Under the pieces are notes generated by a model that made no database searches, had not been told where the DNA came from, and worked only from the letters and a program-made list of their open reading frames with translations. The translations under genes were made by a program, and so were the position numbers. Of a stretch of 64,000 nt of DNA, positions 38,761-51,207 are shown piece after piece. Every line of letters begins with the position of its first letter. Positions within the stretch are counted from its first letter, which is position 1. The stretch spans positions 4,340,001 through 4,404,000 of the forward strand of contig CATNEN010000039.1 of the NCBI GenBank assembly GCA_950097015.1, in the 5' to 3' direction. Origin of the DNA: Macrostomum hystrix. Lineage: Eukaryota > Animalia > Platyhelminthes.

Positions 38761-40224
38761 AACTTGTAAGACCAATACAGTAAATCACTAATCACTCAAT
38801 CACAAAAAACTCTACGTAAGAAGAGAATATCTTTTCTAAGTCTCATTTCCATTTTTAACTTCTTGTGCTTAGTATTAATTATTTATAATTCCATGTGTAA
38901 TTGTGGCCTAGAAATTATGTCGCGCCTTGGAGCCAATCTTTAGCTTGAATAAATAGTATTCGTCTATTGCACCGTTCCGCAAACAGCATGTCTTGTAAAC
39001 ATTTTTGTGTACTGTATTTACTGTATTCAATTATTCAATTAAAAGCGGTGAAATCTGACGTTCAAATAAATTTATGACCCCGTTTGTTAAGATTGTAATT
39101 TTCACCTTTTTAATGTTTTCCCGCGAACCACTCAAACTCAACTCAAATCCTATCACACGCAATCTCAGACCTTGTTATCTTAATTTTTCCATGCACCCTA
39201 ATTGAACCACCCAGCGATGTACGAGTCAACAAAAGAACTATTTTTCTGCCAAAAATGCTTTATTTTTATGTTTTTTCTTACTCAGATATTAACTTTTGCG
39301 CTATTAAACCGCAGTTCCCTTGTATATCTATCAGATCAGCCCTAGGTTTCGCGTATTTATAGCATCTTCCCAGCCTTGCTGACTGATTCACATTTATTTG
39401 AATACGTTTAATCATGGACAGGTCCGAGTTCAAACCAATGCAAGTTTGTTGCTTATATTTGTTGAAAATGGTAGAAAACGAGTAAAACGAGTGTCTGCCT
39501 CCGCGTGTGCGAATGATCTCAGTATAGAAAAAGAATGCAGCCAGCTAACTTTATAAGCTATCTTGTCCTTTAGACAGTCACAGCAGACGATAGAATCAGA
39601 AGCCTATAGCGGCGCACAATGGACTTCTTGACAGACCTCAAGACAGATTCTTAACAGATTTCGCTCGCATAACTAATGCCTGGAAAAATTTCCATTTGAC
39701 AATATCAGCACAGCGGCAGTTATTGCCTGGCAGTTCAGCATCGATGGACACACAATCCTGCAATATAGGAAGCTTTTCACAGCAGCAGCAGCAGCAGTTG
39801 CTAGCGGCGGTCTTCTGGTCGAAGGAATTCCTCGATACAAAAGCAATGTATACACCGAGGCTTGCAGTGAAGGAGCCCGTACGGAAAATGGCAAACTGGG
39901 AGGTCAACCCCACAGGAAAGAAGCTTTCACTCGAACTTTATCTGCGCATTTGCACTGTCGCACATGGAGGAGACAACAGCCAATACTCAACTTAACTATT
40001 TACTCAACTAGATCTTGCGCTCAAGGTAGGCCGGTGGTGAGGCTAAAAGGCAACAGAGCATGGGATTTCTCTGTCTCTCTCTCTTGTTAAAGCTGAAACG
40101 CGCCATAGCATTTGCATCTCGCAATTCTAGAATTTCGCTTCAGCCAACAACTGCGATGCCACAGCTGCAGCACTCGCAACTAAGTCACAGTTTTAACTGC
40201 CTACAGTATAGATTCACATGCCAA

Positions 40225-42692
40225 CTGAGAGAATTGAGGATTAAAGCATGGGGATCTGGGAGAATTGAGGATTAAAGCATGAGGATCTGGGAGAATTGAG
40301 GATTAAAGCATGAGGATCAGTGAGAATTGAGGATTAAAGCATGAGGATCAGTGAGAATTGAGGATTAAAGCATGAGGATCAGTGAGAATTGAGGATAAAA
40401 GCATGAGGATCTGTGAGAATTGAGGATTAAAGCATGAGGATCAGTGAGAATTGAGGATTAAAGCATGAGGATCAGTGAGAATTGAGGATAAAAGCATGAG
40501 GATCTGTGAGAATTGAGGATAAAAGCATGAGGATCAGTGAGAATTGAGGATTAAAGCATGAGGATCTGGGAGAATTGAGGATTAAAGCATGAGGATCAGT
40601 GAGAATTGAGGATTAAAGCATGAGGATCAGTGAGAATTGAGGATTAAAGCATGAGTATCAGTGAGAATTGAGGATTAAAGCATGAGGATCTGTGAGAATT
40701 GAGGATTAAAGCATGAGGATCAGTGAGAATTGAGGATTAAAGCATGAGGATCAGTGAGAATTGAGGATTAAAGCATCAGGATCTGGGAGAATTGAGGATT
40801 AAAGCATGAGGATCTGTGAGAATTGAGGATTAAAGCATGAGGATCAGTGAGAATTGAGGATTAAAGCATGAGGATCAGTGAGAATTGAGGATAAAAGCAT
40901 GAGGATCTGTGAGAATTGAGGATAAAAGCATGAGGATCAGTGAGAATTGAGGATTAAAGCATGAGGATCTGGGAGAATTGAGGATTAAAGCATGAGGATC
41001 AGTGAGAATTGAGGATTAAAGCATGAGGATCAGTGAGAATTGAGGATTAAAGCATGAGTATCAGTGAGAATTGAGGATTAAAGCATGAGGATCTGTGAGA
41101 ATTGAGGATTAAAGCATGAGGATCAGTGAGAATTGAGGATTAAAGCATGAGGATCAGTGAGAATTGAGGATTAAAGCATCAGGATCTGGGAGAATTGAGG
41201 ATTAAAGCATGAGGATCTGTGAGAATTGAGGATTAAAGCATGAGGATCAGTGAGAATTGAGGATTAAAGCATGAGGATCAGTGAGAATTGAGGATTAAAG
41301 CATGAGGATCAGTGAGAATTGAGGATTAAAGCATGAGGATCAGTGAGAATTGAGGATTAAAGCATGAGGATCAGTGAGAATTGAGGATTAAAGCATGAGG
41401 ATCAGTGAGAATTAAGGATTAAAGCATGAGGATCAGTGAGAATTGAGGATTAAAGCATGAGGATCAGTGAGAATTGAGGATTAAAGCATGAGGATCAGTG
41501 AGAATTGAGGATTAAAGCATGAGGATCAGTGAGAATTGAGGATTAAAGCATGAGGATCAGTGAGAATTGAGGATTAAAGCCTGAGGATCAGTGAGAATTG
41601 AGGATTAAAGCATGAGGATCTGGGAGAATTGAGGATAAAAGCATGAGGATCAGTGAGAATTGAGGATTAAAGCATGAGGATCAGTGAGAATTGAGGATTA
41701 AAGCATGAGGATCAGTGAGAATTGAGGATTAAAGCCTGAGGATCAGTGAGAATTGAGGATTAAAGCATGAGGATCAGTGAGAATTGAGGATTAAAGCATG
41801 AGGATCAGTGAGAATTGAGGATTAAAGCAAGAGGATCAGTGAGAATTGAGGATTAAAACATGAGGATCTGTGAGAATTGAGGATTAAAGCATGAGGATCT
41901 GGGAGAATTGAGGATTAAAGCATGAGGATCTGGGAGAATTGAGGATTAAAGCATGAGGATCAGTGAGAATTGAGGATTAAAGCATGAGTATCAGTGAGAA
42001 TTGAGGATTAAAGCATGAGTATCAGTGAGAATTGATGATTAAAGCATGAGGATCTGGGAGAATTGAGGATTGAAGAATGAGGATCAGTGAGAATTGAGGA
42101 TTAAAGCATGAGGATCTGTGAGAATTGAGGATTAAAGCATGAGGATCAGTGAGAATTGAGGATTGAAGAATGAGGATCAGGGAGAATTGAGGATTAAAGC
42201 ATGAGGATCTGGGAGAATTGAGGATTAAAGCATGAGGATCAGTGAGAATTGAGGATTAAAGCATGAGGATCTGGGAGAATTGAGGATTAAAGCATGAGGA
42301 TCTGGGAGAATTGAGGATTAAAGCATGAGGATCAGTGAGAATTGAGGATTAAAGCATGAGGATCAGTGAGAATTGAGGATTAAAGCATGAGGATCAGTGA
42401 GAATTGAGGATAAAAGCATGAGGATCTGGGAGAATTGAGGATTAAAGCATGAGGATCAGTGAGAATTGAGGATTAAAGCATGAGGATCAGTGAGAATTGA
42501 GGATTAAAGCATGAGGATCAGTGAGAATTGAGGATTAAAGCATGAGGATCAGTGAGAATTGAGGATTAAAGCATGAGGATCAGTGAGAATTGAGGATTAA
42601 AGCATGAGGATCAGTGAGAATTGAGGATTAAAGCATGAGGATCAGTGAGAATTGAGGATTAAAGCATGAGGATCTGGGAGAATTGAGGATCA
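40225..42692. repeat. 31-bp minisatellite (gagaattgaggattaaagcatgaggatcagt)
   Basis: About 80 copies. Confidence 0.98.
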
Positions 42693-43406
42693 AAGTACGA
42701 GTTGGTTAGATCTAATTCTACTAATGACTAAAAGAGCAATGAGAAACATGTATAAAGCAATAAATAGATGCAAATCGAGGCCTGCATTTAACTAAAAGTG
42801 CAAGGCCTTCAAGTATAGCTGCAGCATCATTACATCAAGGACGTGCGCGCCAGTGTTAATTACTCGTACAATGAGAAAAAACAGAATCTAAACTCTGGTA
42901 AAACACTCGCATCTTCTAGTGTGCGTGTCAATCTTAAAATCTGCATATAGTTTTTCTTGCAAGCTGTGGATTGTTCAAATTGTAAAAAAGCACAAATGCC
43001 ACATGATCTGTTTCTGTTACTGTTTAAAACAACTATAGTTTTTACTTCTCGCAATGGAAGCCGGAAAATGCGAACTTTCAAACAGATTTTTCTTCTATTT
43101 CTGAGAGCTTTTGCGTTTGAAAATGTACGAACTGTTTAAGGATGAAAATTAGCATTAAATCTCTGACAAACTAATTTACTGATTATGATCAACACGAATT
43201 CGATTTAGCAATAGTGAGTCTACAGGAAATTAAGTTAGCCAAAGAACCAACGAAAAGAACCAATTCTACAGTCAATCCGTTTCAATCCGTATCATTTTCG
43301 CCTGAAAACAAATTTCGGTAGTGATATTTTTTTTAGCCTACTCATAGAACTAGAAAGTAGCATGATGCGGACATTTTTCTTATTAAAGGCATTTTCTGTT
43401 TAAAAG

Positions 43407-44333
43407 TCAAAGAACTTTTGGTGTCTGAATTGTGGTGTCGTTCATCATCGCGAATTCGTCAGCCGCCGCAGCTTGGGCTTCGGCCTCTTCAAGCAGAGCC
43501 AACCGCATCAGCGACAGGCGCAGAGGACTAACAGTGTCGGCGTCGACGCTGGCGCGGTCCTTATCGCTGAATGAAGCCGATTCCGACTCGATGGACGCCG
43601 CCATGTCAGCGGTTTCACCTGGCGCAGCTGGGCGCAAGCCAAGCAGGACGGCATCGGCTTCACCGAGTGTCACGTGACGCTCCGAGCCGAGGAAGCGTGA
43701 CGTCATCTCCGGGTCGATGAGGCGCAGCATGACCTGGGCGCCGCGCACGTATTTGTCATTGTTGACCCGGGGCGCCGGGCACACCGCGTGGAACTTGCCA
43801 CCGAAGTCAATGTACAGATTGCCCTCGTAGCGCTCGAACACTCGGCCGCACACAATGCGATTCTCGAAATTGCCCAGCTCAACAAATGAGCTCCGCCGGA
43901 GCAGGCTGGCAAAGCTGCCGCCAACGCTATCTTCGTCCAGCGATTTCAGCGGCCGAATCCGCGGCGCGTCAGCGAATAGCGCGTAGTCGGACCAGGCCAG
44001 GCAGTTGGGCGGCAGCTCCGCTCGTTTGACGCGGGCTGACTGCAGTCTTTGTCTGGGCGAGTCTTTGTCCTCATCAGCTGAGGCTTCTTCAATCTGGCGA
44101 CGCCGCAGATCGGACCGGCGATTTTCCAGCGCCACCCGTTTGGTGGCGCCGGCTCGCTCGCGCCGCATCTGTTCGTACAGGGGCGCATTGTCGGAGCGAA
44201 CCCGGGTCGGCTCACGCGGCTTCGCCCCGGTTGAACCGGCTGACACCGAAGATGCGGCAGCCGCCTTGGAGGCGAGCAGGCGACGCTGGCCAACAAAGCT
44301 GCGACTCAGCGAAATAGCAAGCGACCGCTGCAT
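43407..44333 (-). CDS. MRPS28: Mitochondrial ribosomal protein S28 (bS1m), intronless
   Basis: SFASLLRRSSFVELG..IVCGRVF..NLYIDFGGKFHAVC..YVRGAQVMLRLIDPEMTSRFLG..VTLGEADAVLLGL; Arg/Ser-rich presequence from ATG 44333 (MQRSLAISLSRSF). Confidence 0.92.
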   Translation of the reverse strand: MQRSLAISLSRSFVGQRRLLASKAAAASSVSAGSTGAKPREPTRVRSDNAPLYEQMRRERAGATKRVALENRRSDLRRRQIEEASADEDKDSPRQRLQSARVKRAELPPNCLAWSDYALFADAPRIRPLKSLDEDSVGGSFASLLRRSSFVELGNFENRIVCGRVFERYEGNLYIDFGGKFHAVCPAPRVNNDKYVRGAQVMLRLIDPEMTSRFLGSERHVTLGEADAVLLGLRPAAPGETADMAASIESESASFSDKDRASVDADTVSPLRLSLMRLALLEEAEAQAAAADEFAMMNDTTIQTPKVL

Positions 44334-44471
44334 TGATTGGCGCTGCTTTTGCAAGTGCAATTCAATTAAATTATGCCCTTGGCGTCTACTGCTAGTAGTG
44401 CTGGCAGAACATAGCTGCAATTTTTTAGAAATAAAATGTTTCTTATAAACTAGTAACAGGAGGTTTTCAAG

Positions 44472-44700
44472 GGGGTGAGTGGCAACCAAGGTCCCTGGGC
44501 TCGAATCCGAGGCGAGGCCGCATTCCTTCGGGGCGCAGCCACGGAGAGAAGGCTTGGGGGCTTGTCGTGCAATTTACGCCGTTGAGGGTCAACCTCCAAG
44601 GCACAGCGAGAGTGTACACCACCTGACAATCAGAAAGTCAGGGCAGATGTACACACCTGTGTGCGTGTGTGCTCAGGCCTCAGCGGAATGGGCAGATCCA
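44472..44700 (+). mobile_element. SINE family A copy with a deletion in the tRNA head
   Basis: ggtccctgggctcgaatccgaggcgaggccgcatt..cttgtcgtgcaatttacgcc..gggcagatgtacacacctgtgtg matches the 24200 copy. Confidence 0.8.
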
Positions 44701-45354
44701 CCAAAGGAGAGGCTATCCCCGAACCTTAACTTAAGACGAATCTTAACCCAATGGAGACAATATAACCTGATACAGTTGGCTGCGGCCGTGCCACTAACTG
44801 TTCAACCTATTAGGCTATTAATCATGGTATAGGTACAAGCCTCTGTGTGGGAGAATTATCCCTAAACTGAGCAATGCTCACTTAAATGGGAAATTTGTCT
44901 ATGGAACATAACTCGCTGATTCATTATACCGCAATGCCAAATCCAAATCGAAGTTTGAGCAGTTTTTCGCAGAGCAATGGGAAATCGCAGAGATAAGCCA
45001 ATGAAAGGAGAGCAGACATTTATTTAGTTTCTCTCGGCATTAGATCTAGAAAGTTACATTTAGCAAACAATAATAATGTAAAACAATGCTATGACAGACT
45101 TACAATAGCAATCATGGGACGGAATTAAGAAGTGGAAAGGCCAAATCATGTTAACAAAATATTATTATAAAACTACTGCCAATATAAAAAACTAGCATTT
45201 TATTTATTGTCATGATACAAGCCTAAAAAGTTAAGAAATTTTAGTTGAGCACCCTTTAGTTGAGCGCCAGCACTTTTTAAACACAATTGTATCCACCACG
45301 ATGCTTCAATTAGCAGCTTAAATATCCTATCTACATGTGAAAATTGATTGCACC

Positions 45355-46225
45355 TGCCACACACTCTACCAGACATTCAGTAGACACCAGCTACCCACTC
45401 TACCAGACATTCAGTAGACACCAGCTACCCACTCTACCAGACATTCAGTAGAGACCAGCTACCCACTCTACCAGACATTCAGTAGAGACCAGCTACCCAC
45501 TCTACCAGACATTTAGTAGACACCAGCTAATCACTCTACCAGACATTCAGTAGAGACCAGCTACCCACTCTACCAGACATTCAGTAGAGACCAGCTACCC
45601 ACTCTACCAGACATTCAGTAGACACCAGCTAACAACTCTACCAGACATTCAGTTGACACCAGCTAACAACTCTACCAGACATTCAGTAGACACCAGCTAC
45701 CCACTCTACCAGACATTCAGTAGACACCAGCTAATCACTCTACCAGACATTCAGTAGACACCAGCTAATCACTCTACCAGACATTTAGTAGACACCAGCT
45801 ACCCACTCTACCAGACATTCAGTAGACACCAGCCAATCACTCTACCAGACATTCAGTAGACACCAGCTACCCACTCTACCAGACATTCAGTAGACACCAG
45901 CTAATCACTTTACCAGACATTCAGTAGAGACCAGCTACCCACTCTACCAGACATTCAGTAGACACCAGCTACCCACTCTACCAGACATTCAGTAGACACC
46001 AGCTACCCACTCTACCAGACATTCAGTAGACACCAGCTAATCACTTTACCAGACATTCAGTAGAGACCAGCTACCCACTCTACCAGACATTCAGTAGACA
46101 CCAGCTAACAACTCTACCAGACATTCAGTAGACACCAGCTAACAACTCTACCAGACATTCAGTAGACACCAGCTAACCACTCTACCAGACATTCAGTAGA
46201 CACCAACCACCCGATCCACCAGACG
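45355..46225. repeat. 34-bp minisatellite (ctctaccagacattcagtagacaccagctaccca), in the predicted SFI1 3' UTR
   Basis: About 25 copies starting within ~40 bp of the stop codon; minus-strand AATAAA near 45200. Confidence 0.95.
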
Positions 46226-46244
46226 CTCAGTCTCCCGCAGGCAG

Positions 46245-47606
46245 TCACAAGTCCAGCATGTTTATGATGTCTCGAGCTCGAGTCGTCAAAGCCTCGGAGT
46301 CGGGCTCCAGGACAGCCAGCAGGCTCTCCAGCCGCAGCCGTTCAGCCTTCAGCTCGGCCAGTCTCTCCGTGTCCATCTGATCACTGTCAGCGATGGCTTC
46401 CCGAATATCGTGCAGTCTTCGTTGACGAGTCTTCAAATCAGTCAGCTGTTCGTGTATTAACAATAGCTCAGATTTCAGTAGAGCGGCGTCTAAAATTGTC
46501 TGACGCTCTGGCGGCGTCTTTGAAGCGGCGCCCGAACGAAGATGTGTCGGCGGCGGCGCCTTTGAAGTAGGCACATCAAAGTCGCCAGGCGTTAACAGAG
46601 CGTCCTCGCTGTCACTATCGTTGGCAATGGCCAATTTTCTGTCGGAGTCTAGCTCAGCGGAAAATGGTAGTGTTCCAGTAGATAAAGGCTCATTGCTAAT
46701 ATTATTATTGTGATTCTGAAACCCGATAGGCTGCGCCATTCTACTAAAAGTAGTGTCATATATTGTTATCGTCGGCTTTATATTAGTTTCCGCGGGGGCA
46801 ACAGCAGCAGGCAAAATTTCGGAAACCTCGGAGAGCAAAAACTCTGGACACTTCGGCAGCGGGCGACGCTGCTGCTGCTGCTGCTGCTGTAACTGATGGA
46901 GCAGCGACTGACGGATAGAAGCGGACTGTTGCTGACTCTGCTGCTGCTGATGCGACAAAGCCAACACGCTGGCGGGCTGGTGCTGTTGCTGGGGCTTATC
47001 ACTGCGTCTTCGTCTGGCGCGGTCGCGCGCCCAGCACCGCCAATGCGCCGCGGCCCGCCTGGCCGCCTCCAGCCGACGTTGGGCAGCTGCCAGCTGGCAC
47101 TCGGCGGCCCAGCCGGCCCGAATGCTCCCTAGGCAGGCTGCGGTGGCCAGCCAGCGGGCCAGCGAGTCGCCAATCAGGTGGCGCCGATAGCGCTGGGCAG
47201 CCAGTAGGCGGCGTCGACGCTCGTAGACTCTGGCGCTGGCAAACTGCAGCCAGGCCAGCAGGCATCGGGCCTGCAGGCGCAGGGCCCAGTGCCACAGGGC
47301 GGCGTCGGCCTGCCGCCTAGCCAGCTTGGCTCGCCGGCCCGCCTCCAGCCAGGCTTCGACGCCGCGGCGTAGCAGCGTCAGGCGCCGATGCTGATCGGCG
47401 CGCTGAATGGCGGCGCGCGATCGGCGTCGATCGGCGATGACGCGGCGCCAGGCGGAGAAAGTGCCGGCCAATTGGCGCCGGTCCGAGTGCAGCTGGGCGT
47501 GGCAGAGCTTCAGCCGGGTCAGCACCAGCTCATCGGCGCGCAACGACCACAGATTAAAGAAGTGGCGAAGCTGGGCGGGTCGGAGAGCAGCTCGGGCCGT
47601 TGCGAC
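46245..47606 (-). CDS. SFI1: SFI1-like centrin-binding protein, exon 5 (terminal)
   Basis: W-containing Sfi1-type repeats (LQARCLLAWLQF, LARWL) and a C-terminal coiled coil; acceptor ctcgcag. Confidence 0.8.
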   Translation of the reverse strand, partial: VATARAALRPAQLRHFFNLWSLRADELVLTRLKLCHAQLHSDRRQLAGTFSAWRRVIADRRRSRAAIQRADQHRRLTLLRRGVEAWLEAGRRAKLARRQADAALWHWALRLQARCLLAWLQFASARVYERRRRLLAAQRYRRHLIGDSLARWLATAACLGSIRAGWAAECQLAAAQRRLEAARRAAAHWRCWARDRARRRRSDKPQQQHQPASVLALSHQQQQSQQQSASIRQSLLHQLQQQQQQQRRPLPKCPEFLLSEVSEILPAAVAPAETNIKPTITIYDTTFSRMAQPIGFQNHNNNISNEPLSTGTLPFSAELDSDRKLAIANDSDSEDALLTPGDFDVPTSKAPPPTHLRSGAASKTPPERQTILDAALLKSELLLIHEQLTDLKTRQRRLHDIREAIADSDQMDTERLAELKAERLRLESLLAVLEPDSEALTTRARDIINMLDL

Positions 47607-47863
47607 CTGCGAGAATTTAGGGCTCCGAACTGAAATTAATACTCCTACTTTCTCAAGGCCCTAAATGTACGAAAAGTTTAAAGCTTTCATGGGATGGTTG
47701 CTTTGAGGATTTAAACAAATGGATACTTTGAGGCTCTTGACGAAAGGTTACTTCAATGCTCCGAACGAATTAATACTTTGGGGCTTTCAGTGGGTTCGGC
47801 AAAAATGGATAGCTGCTTGTGGTTCCCATAGAATCAAGGCTGCAAAGATACTGTGCGGCTCAC

Positions 47864-48568
47864 CTGCGCTTCGGTAGCCGACCTGTGCAGCGCACGGCGC
47901 CGAGTTTCCTCGCGCCAAGCACTGAAAACAGTTCCAATCAGGCGCCGGTTCCGCTGCGCTGTCGACGCTTCAACCAGGCGTCGACGCCTGCCAAGAACCC
48001 GCGCCGCCAAAGCTAGACGAGCAAGCGAGTCGGCCAGCACGCGCCGATCCTGCTGGCGCGCTAAAGCCAAAGCTCGCTGGCGCGCTTCCAAGGTCAGCTG
48101 GCAGCGCGCGCGCCAAGCAGTAAAGGAGCGACAGATCAGCCGGCGTTCGAAATGCGCCGCCGAATCCTCCAGGCATCGATGCTTCAGACGACAGCGCTCG
48201 ACGTACTGGCGCCAGGCGGTCAGGGCGCTGGTCAATCGACGTCGTCGTAGCGATTGAGCGGCCGCTTCGCCCGCCTCCATCAGGCGGCGCTTTCGCCCGG
48301 AAAATTTTCGCCAGGCGTTTAAAATCGCGCTAAGCAGACGCCGGCGCCGATACTCTTCTGAGGCGACTTCGCGCGCGTTGGACAAGGTTCGCTCTTCGGC
48401 GCGAGAGCGCCAATAGTGCATGTAGCGCGTCAGAATAGCGCGCATCCAGTGTAGGGCGGCCACGCGCTCTTGATAACGCGCCAGCTGAGCCGCCTCGGTG
48501 GATTCGCGCCAAAGGCGCAAAGCTGCTAGGCCGCTATTGGACGCGTAGAATGCGTCCGCCTGGGCTGC
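47864..48568 (-). CDS. SFI1: SFI1-like, exon 4
   Basis: Repeats LLSAILNAWR, LTSALTAWR, LICRSFTAWR, LIGTVFSAWR; ctgcag acceptor and cag|gtgagc donor. Confidence 0.85.
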
Positions 48569-48659
48569 CTGCAGAGCCAGGGGAGCAAAGTTTCAGATAT
48601 TACTGATTTGCAGTAGTAAACGCGAAATATAAAGCTATATTTAAAGCATACAGTTTAGC

Positions 48660-48900
48660 GGGGTTGTAGCCAAGTGGTCACAGCGTTAGACCGACGACTT
48701 GAAGGTCGGAGGTTCGATTCCTCAATCAAATGGAACAATTTGTATCTTTAGAAATTGTTTCCGCATTGATTCAGTTCAACCAGCTGTTAAATAAGTACCA
48801 GCATCAGCTGGGATAATAGAGGGTGGGTGTGGCGGCCTTCCAGTCCATGGACTGAACAGCCATACGCAGTCTGCAGATGCGCCACGCATTAACTGCGACT
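48660..48900 (+). mobile_element. tRNA-derived SINE family B (CORE-like body)
   Basis: A box tagccaagtgg and B box ggttcgattcc, but no closed tRNA acceptor stem; body ccagctgttaaataagtacc..cagctgggataata. Confidence 0.65.
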
Positions 48901-48940
48901 GTGCAGGTGTAAATGAACTTAATTAAGAATCAGTTCTCAC

Positions 48941-49499
48941 CAGAGCTCGCTTCCGTCGGCGTTCAGCTGCGTACGCCGCCAGAGCTGATAGCACGCGAGG
49001 CGCCACCGTCAGCGCGCGATGCCGATCGGCAGCCAGGAGGGCCAGGCGCTCACGGCGCCAGTCTTCGTGACGCTGGCGCCAGGCCCACAGAGCCAGACGG
49101 GCTAGCCGGCGCGAAGAGTGAGCGCGGGCCAGTCTGGACGCAGTCAGCAGGGCGATTTCTTCGTTCTGCTCGCAGCGGGCCAACCAAGCGAGCCAGGCGG
49201 TGCGCAACAGGGAGCGATCGCGCCAAACACCTGCCAGCTGGGCCAAAGCCTGCTTTCTCTGCCGCTCGATGGCGTAGCGGCGCAGGCCGTCAACCAGGCA
49301 GTGTCGGAGGAGGCACCGACGCCATTGGCGCTCGGCCAACAGCCGCAGTTCGCGCCACGCGGCCGCGGCCGCCCGCGCTCTACGCCAGGCCAGGAAGTAG
49401 CGCCGAAGGCGGCATCGTCGCGCCAAGTCGTCGACGCGCTGGAGAAAGCGCCGCCTGTCCGCCAGCTCGGCCAAGCGCGTCCGCCAAACTAGCAGGTGG
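48941..49499 (-). CDS. SFI1: SFI1-like, exon 3
   Basis: LRRYFLAWR, LLRTAWLAW, LARLALWAWR repeats; ctctcag acceptor and ctg|gtgaga donor. Confidence 0.85.
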
Positions 49500-49538
49500 C
49501 TGAGAGTGGCGGGATGGGAACAAGTCATTCAGCCTGCT

Positions 49539-49922
49539 GCGAATCCTGCTGCGATTCTAAAGGCGAATCCTGCTGCGATTCTAAAGGCGAATCCTGCTGC
49601 GATTCTAAAGGCGAATCCTGCTGCGATTCTAAAGGCGAATCCTGCTGCGATTCTAAAGGCGAATCCTGCTGCGATTCTAAAGGCGAATCCTGCTGCGATT
49701 CTAAAGGCGAATCCTGCTGCGATTCTAAAGGCGAATCCTGCTGCGATTCTAAAGGCGAATCCTGCTGCGATTCTAAAGGCGAATCCTGCTGCGATTCTAA
49801 AGGCGAATCCTGCTGCGATTCTAAAGGCGAATCCTGCTGCGATTCTAAAGGCGAATCCTGCTGCGATTCTAAAGGCGAATCCTGCTGCGATTCTAAAGGC
49901 GAATCCTGCTGCGATTCTAAAG
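49539..49922. repeat. Perfect 24-bp minisatellite (gcgaatcctgctgcgattctaaag) x16
   Basis: Identical copies filling most of SFI1 intron 2. Confidence 0.98.
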
Positions 49923-49986
49923 GGAAATCCTGCAGCAATTCTGGTAATGTTTTTAATCCTTATCCTGCACGGGCGCACAAGCTTAC

Positions 49987-50361
49987 CGTTTAGCCAGGGT
50001 TCGGCCATAGACAGCGTCGGCTTCCACCGCCTCGCCACGCGCGATTCTTCGGAGTTCAATATAGCGTCGCCAAGCGCTAAAAGCGAAACGTTTTTGTCGT
50101 TGAGAACAGTGAATAGCGGCAGTCTCCATGGCAACCGCTTGAGCCCTGGCCGATGCCAGCTGATCCAGCCACTGAGTCCAGTAGCGCCGCAGCAAGCAGC
50201 CGCCATGGAAGCTGTAGGCCTGCACAGACAGATAGGCGCGGCTCCTTCGCTCCAACGCGAAGCTGCGCCAAGCGTCGAAGACGGCGCTCAGCAGATGGCG
50301 AGTGCGCAGCGCGTCGGCGCGCGACTCTTGCACTTTTACGGCTCGGCGAATGGTGACGAAT
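49987..50361 (-). CDS. SFI1: SFI1-like, exon 2
   Basis: LLSAVFDAWR, LLRRYWTQW, KRFAFSAWRRY; ccccag acceptor and cg|gtaagc donor. Confidence 0.85.
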
Positions 50362-50399
50362 CTGGGGTGGCAGTCATTGGGCGCCTTTTACGTGGTCGG

Positions 50400-51160
50400 A
50401 TGATGGGAAATAAAGCGACTTGGGATCAGTGATCTGGTGATGGGAGATAAAAGGACTGGGATCAGGGATCTGGTGATGGGAGATAAAAGGACTGGGATCA
50501 GGGATCTGGTGATGGGAGATAAAAGGACTGGGATCAGGGATCTGGTGATGGGAGATAAAAGGACTGAGGATCAGGGATCTGGTGATAGGAGATAAAAGGA
50601 CTGAGGATCAGGGATCTGGTGATGGGAGATAAAAGGACTGGGGATCAGGGATCTGGTGATGAGGGATAATGGTACTGGGGATCAGGGATCTGGTGATGGC
50701 AGATAAAAGGACTGAGGATCAGGGATCTGGTGATGGGAGATAAAAGGACTGAGGATCAGGGATCTGGTGATGGGAGATAAAAGGACTGGGGATCAGGGAT
50801 CTTGTGATGGGAGATAAAAGAACTGGGATCAGGGATATGATGATAGGAGATAAAAGGACTGGTGATCAGGTGATCAGGGATCTGGTGATGGGAGATAAAA
50901 GGACTGAGGATCAGGGATCTGGTGATGGGGGATAAAAAGACCTGGGGATCAGGGATCTGGTGATGGGGAATAAAAAGACCTGGGGATCAGGGATCTGGTG
51001 ATGGGGGATAAAAAGACCTGGGGATCAGGGATCTGGTGATGGGGGATAAAAAGACTGGGGATCAGAGATCTAGTGATGGGAGATAAAAGGACTGAGGATC
51101 AGGGATCTGGTGATGGGAGATAAAAGGACTGAGGATCAGGGATCTGGTGATGGGAGATAG
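50400..51160. repeat. 36-37-bp minisatellite (gatcagggatctggtgatgggagataaaaggactgg)
   Basis: Fills most of SFI1 intron 1. Confidence 0.95.
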
Positions 51161-51207
51161 AGTTGCAACCAGCTGTTATATCGTACTGTCGGCAGGTAAA
51201 TCCGCAC

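Noticed and set aside
35056-38791. Repetitive ORFs (PPSELIAGIGT / NSSFRVNSRDW) and a CRISPR-like appearance
   Set aside because: Head-to-tail 33-bp tandem units with no unique spacers and no cas genes; eukaryotic context.
44334-44489. N-terminal extension of the MRPS28 ORF
   Set aside because: Starts at a non-ATG codon inside a SINE; the targeting peptide begins at ATG 44333.
48660-48730. Functional tRNA gene
   Set aside because: A and B boxes are present but there is no paired acceptor stem, and it continues into a SINE-like body. The same applies to tRNA-like heads at 7150, 23160 and 24200.
49496-50432. Cys-rich (ESCCDSKG)n metallothionein-like ORF and overlapping frames
   Set aside because: A perfect DNA-level repeat without synonymous variation, inside an intron of the opposite-strand gene.
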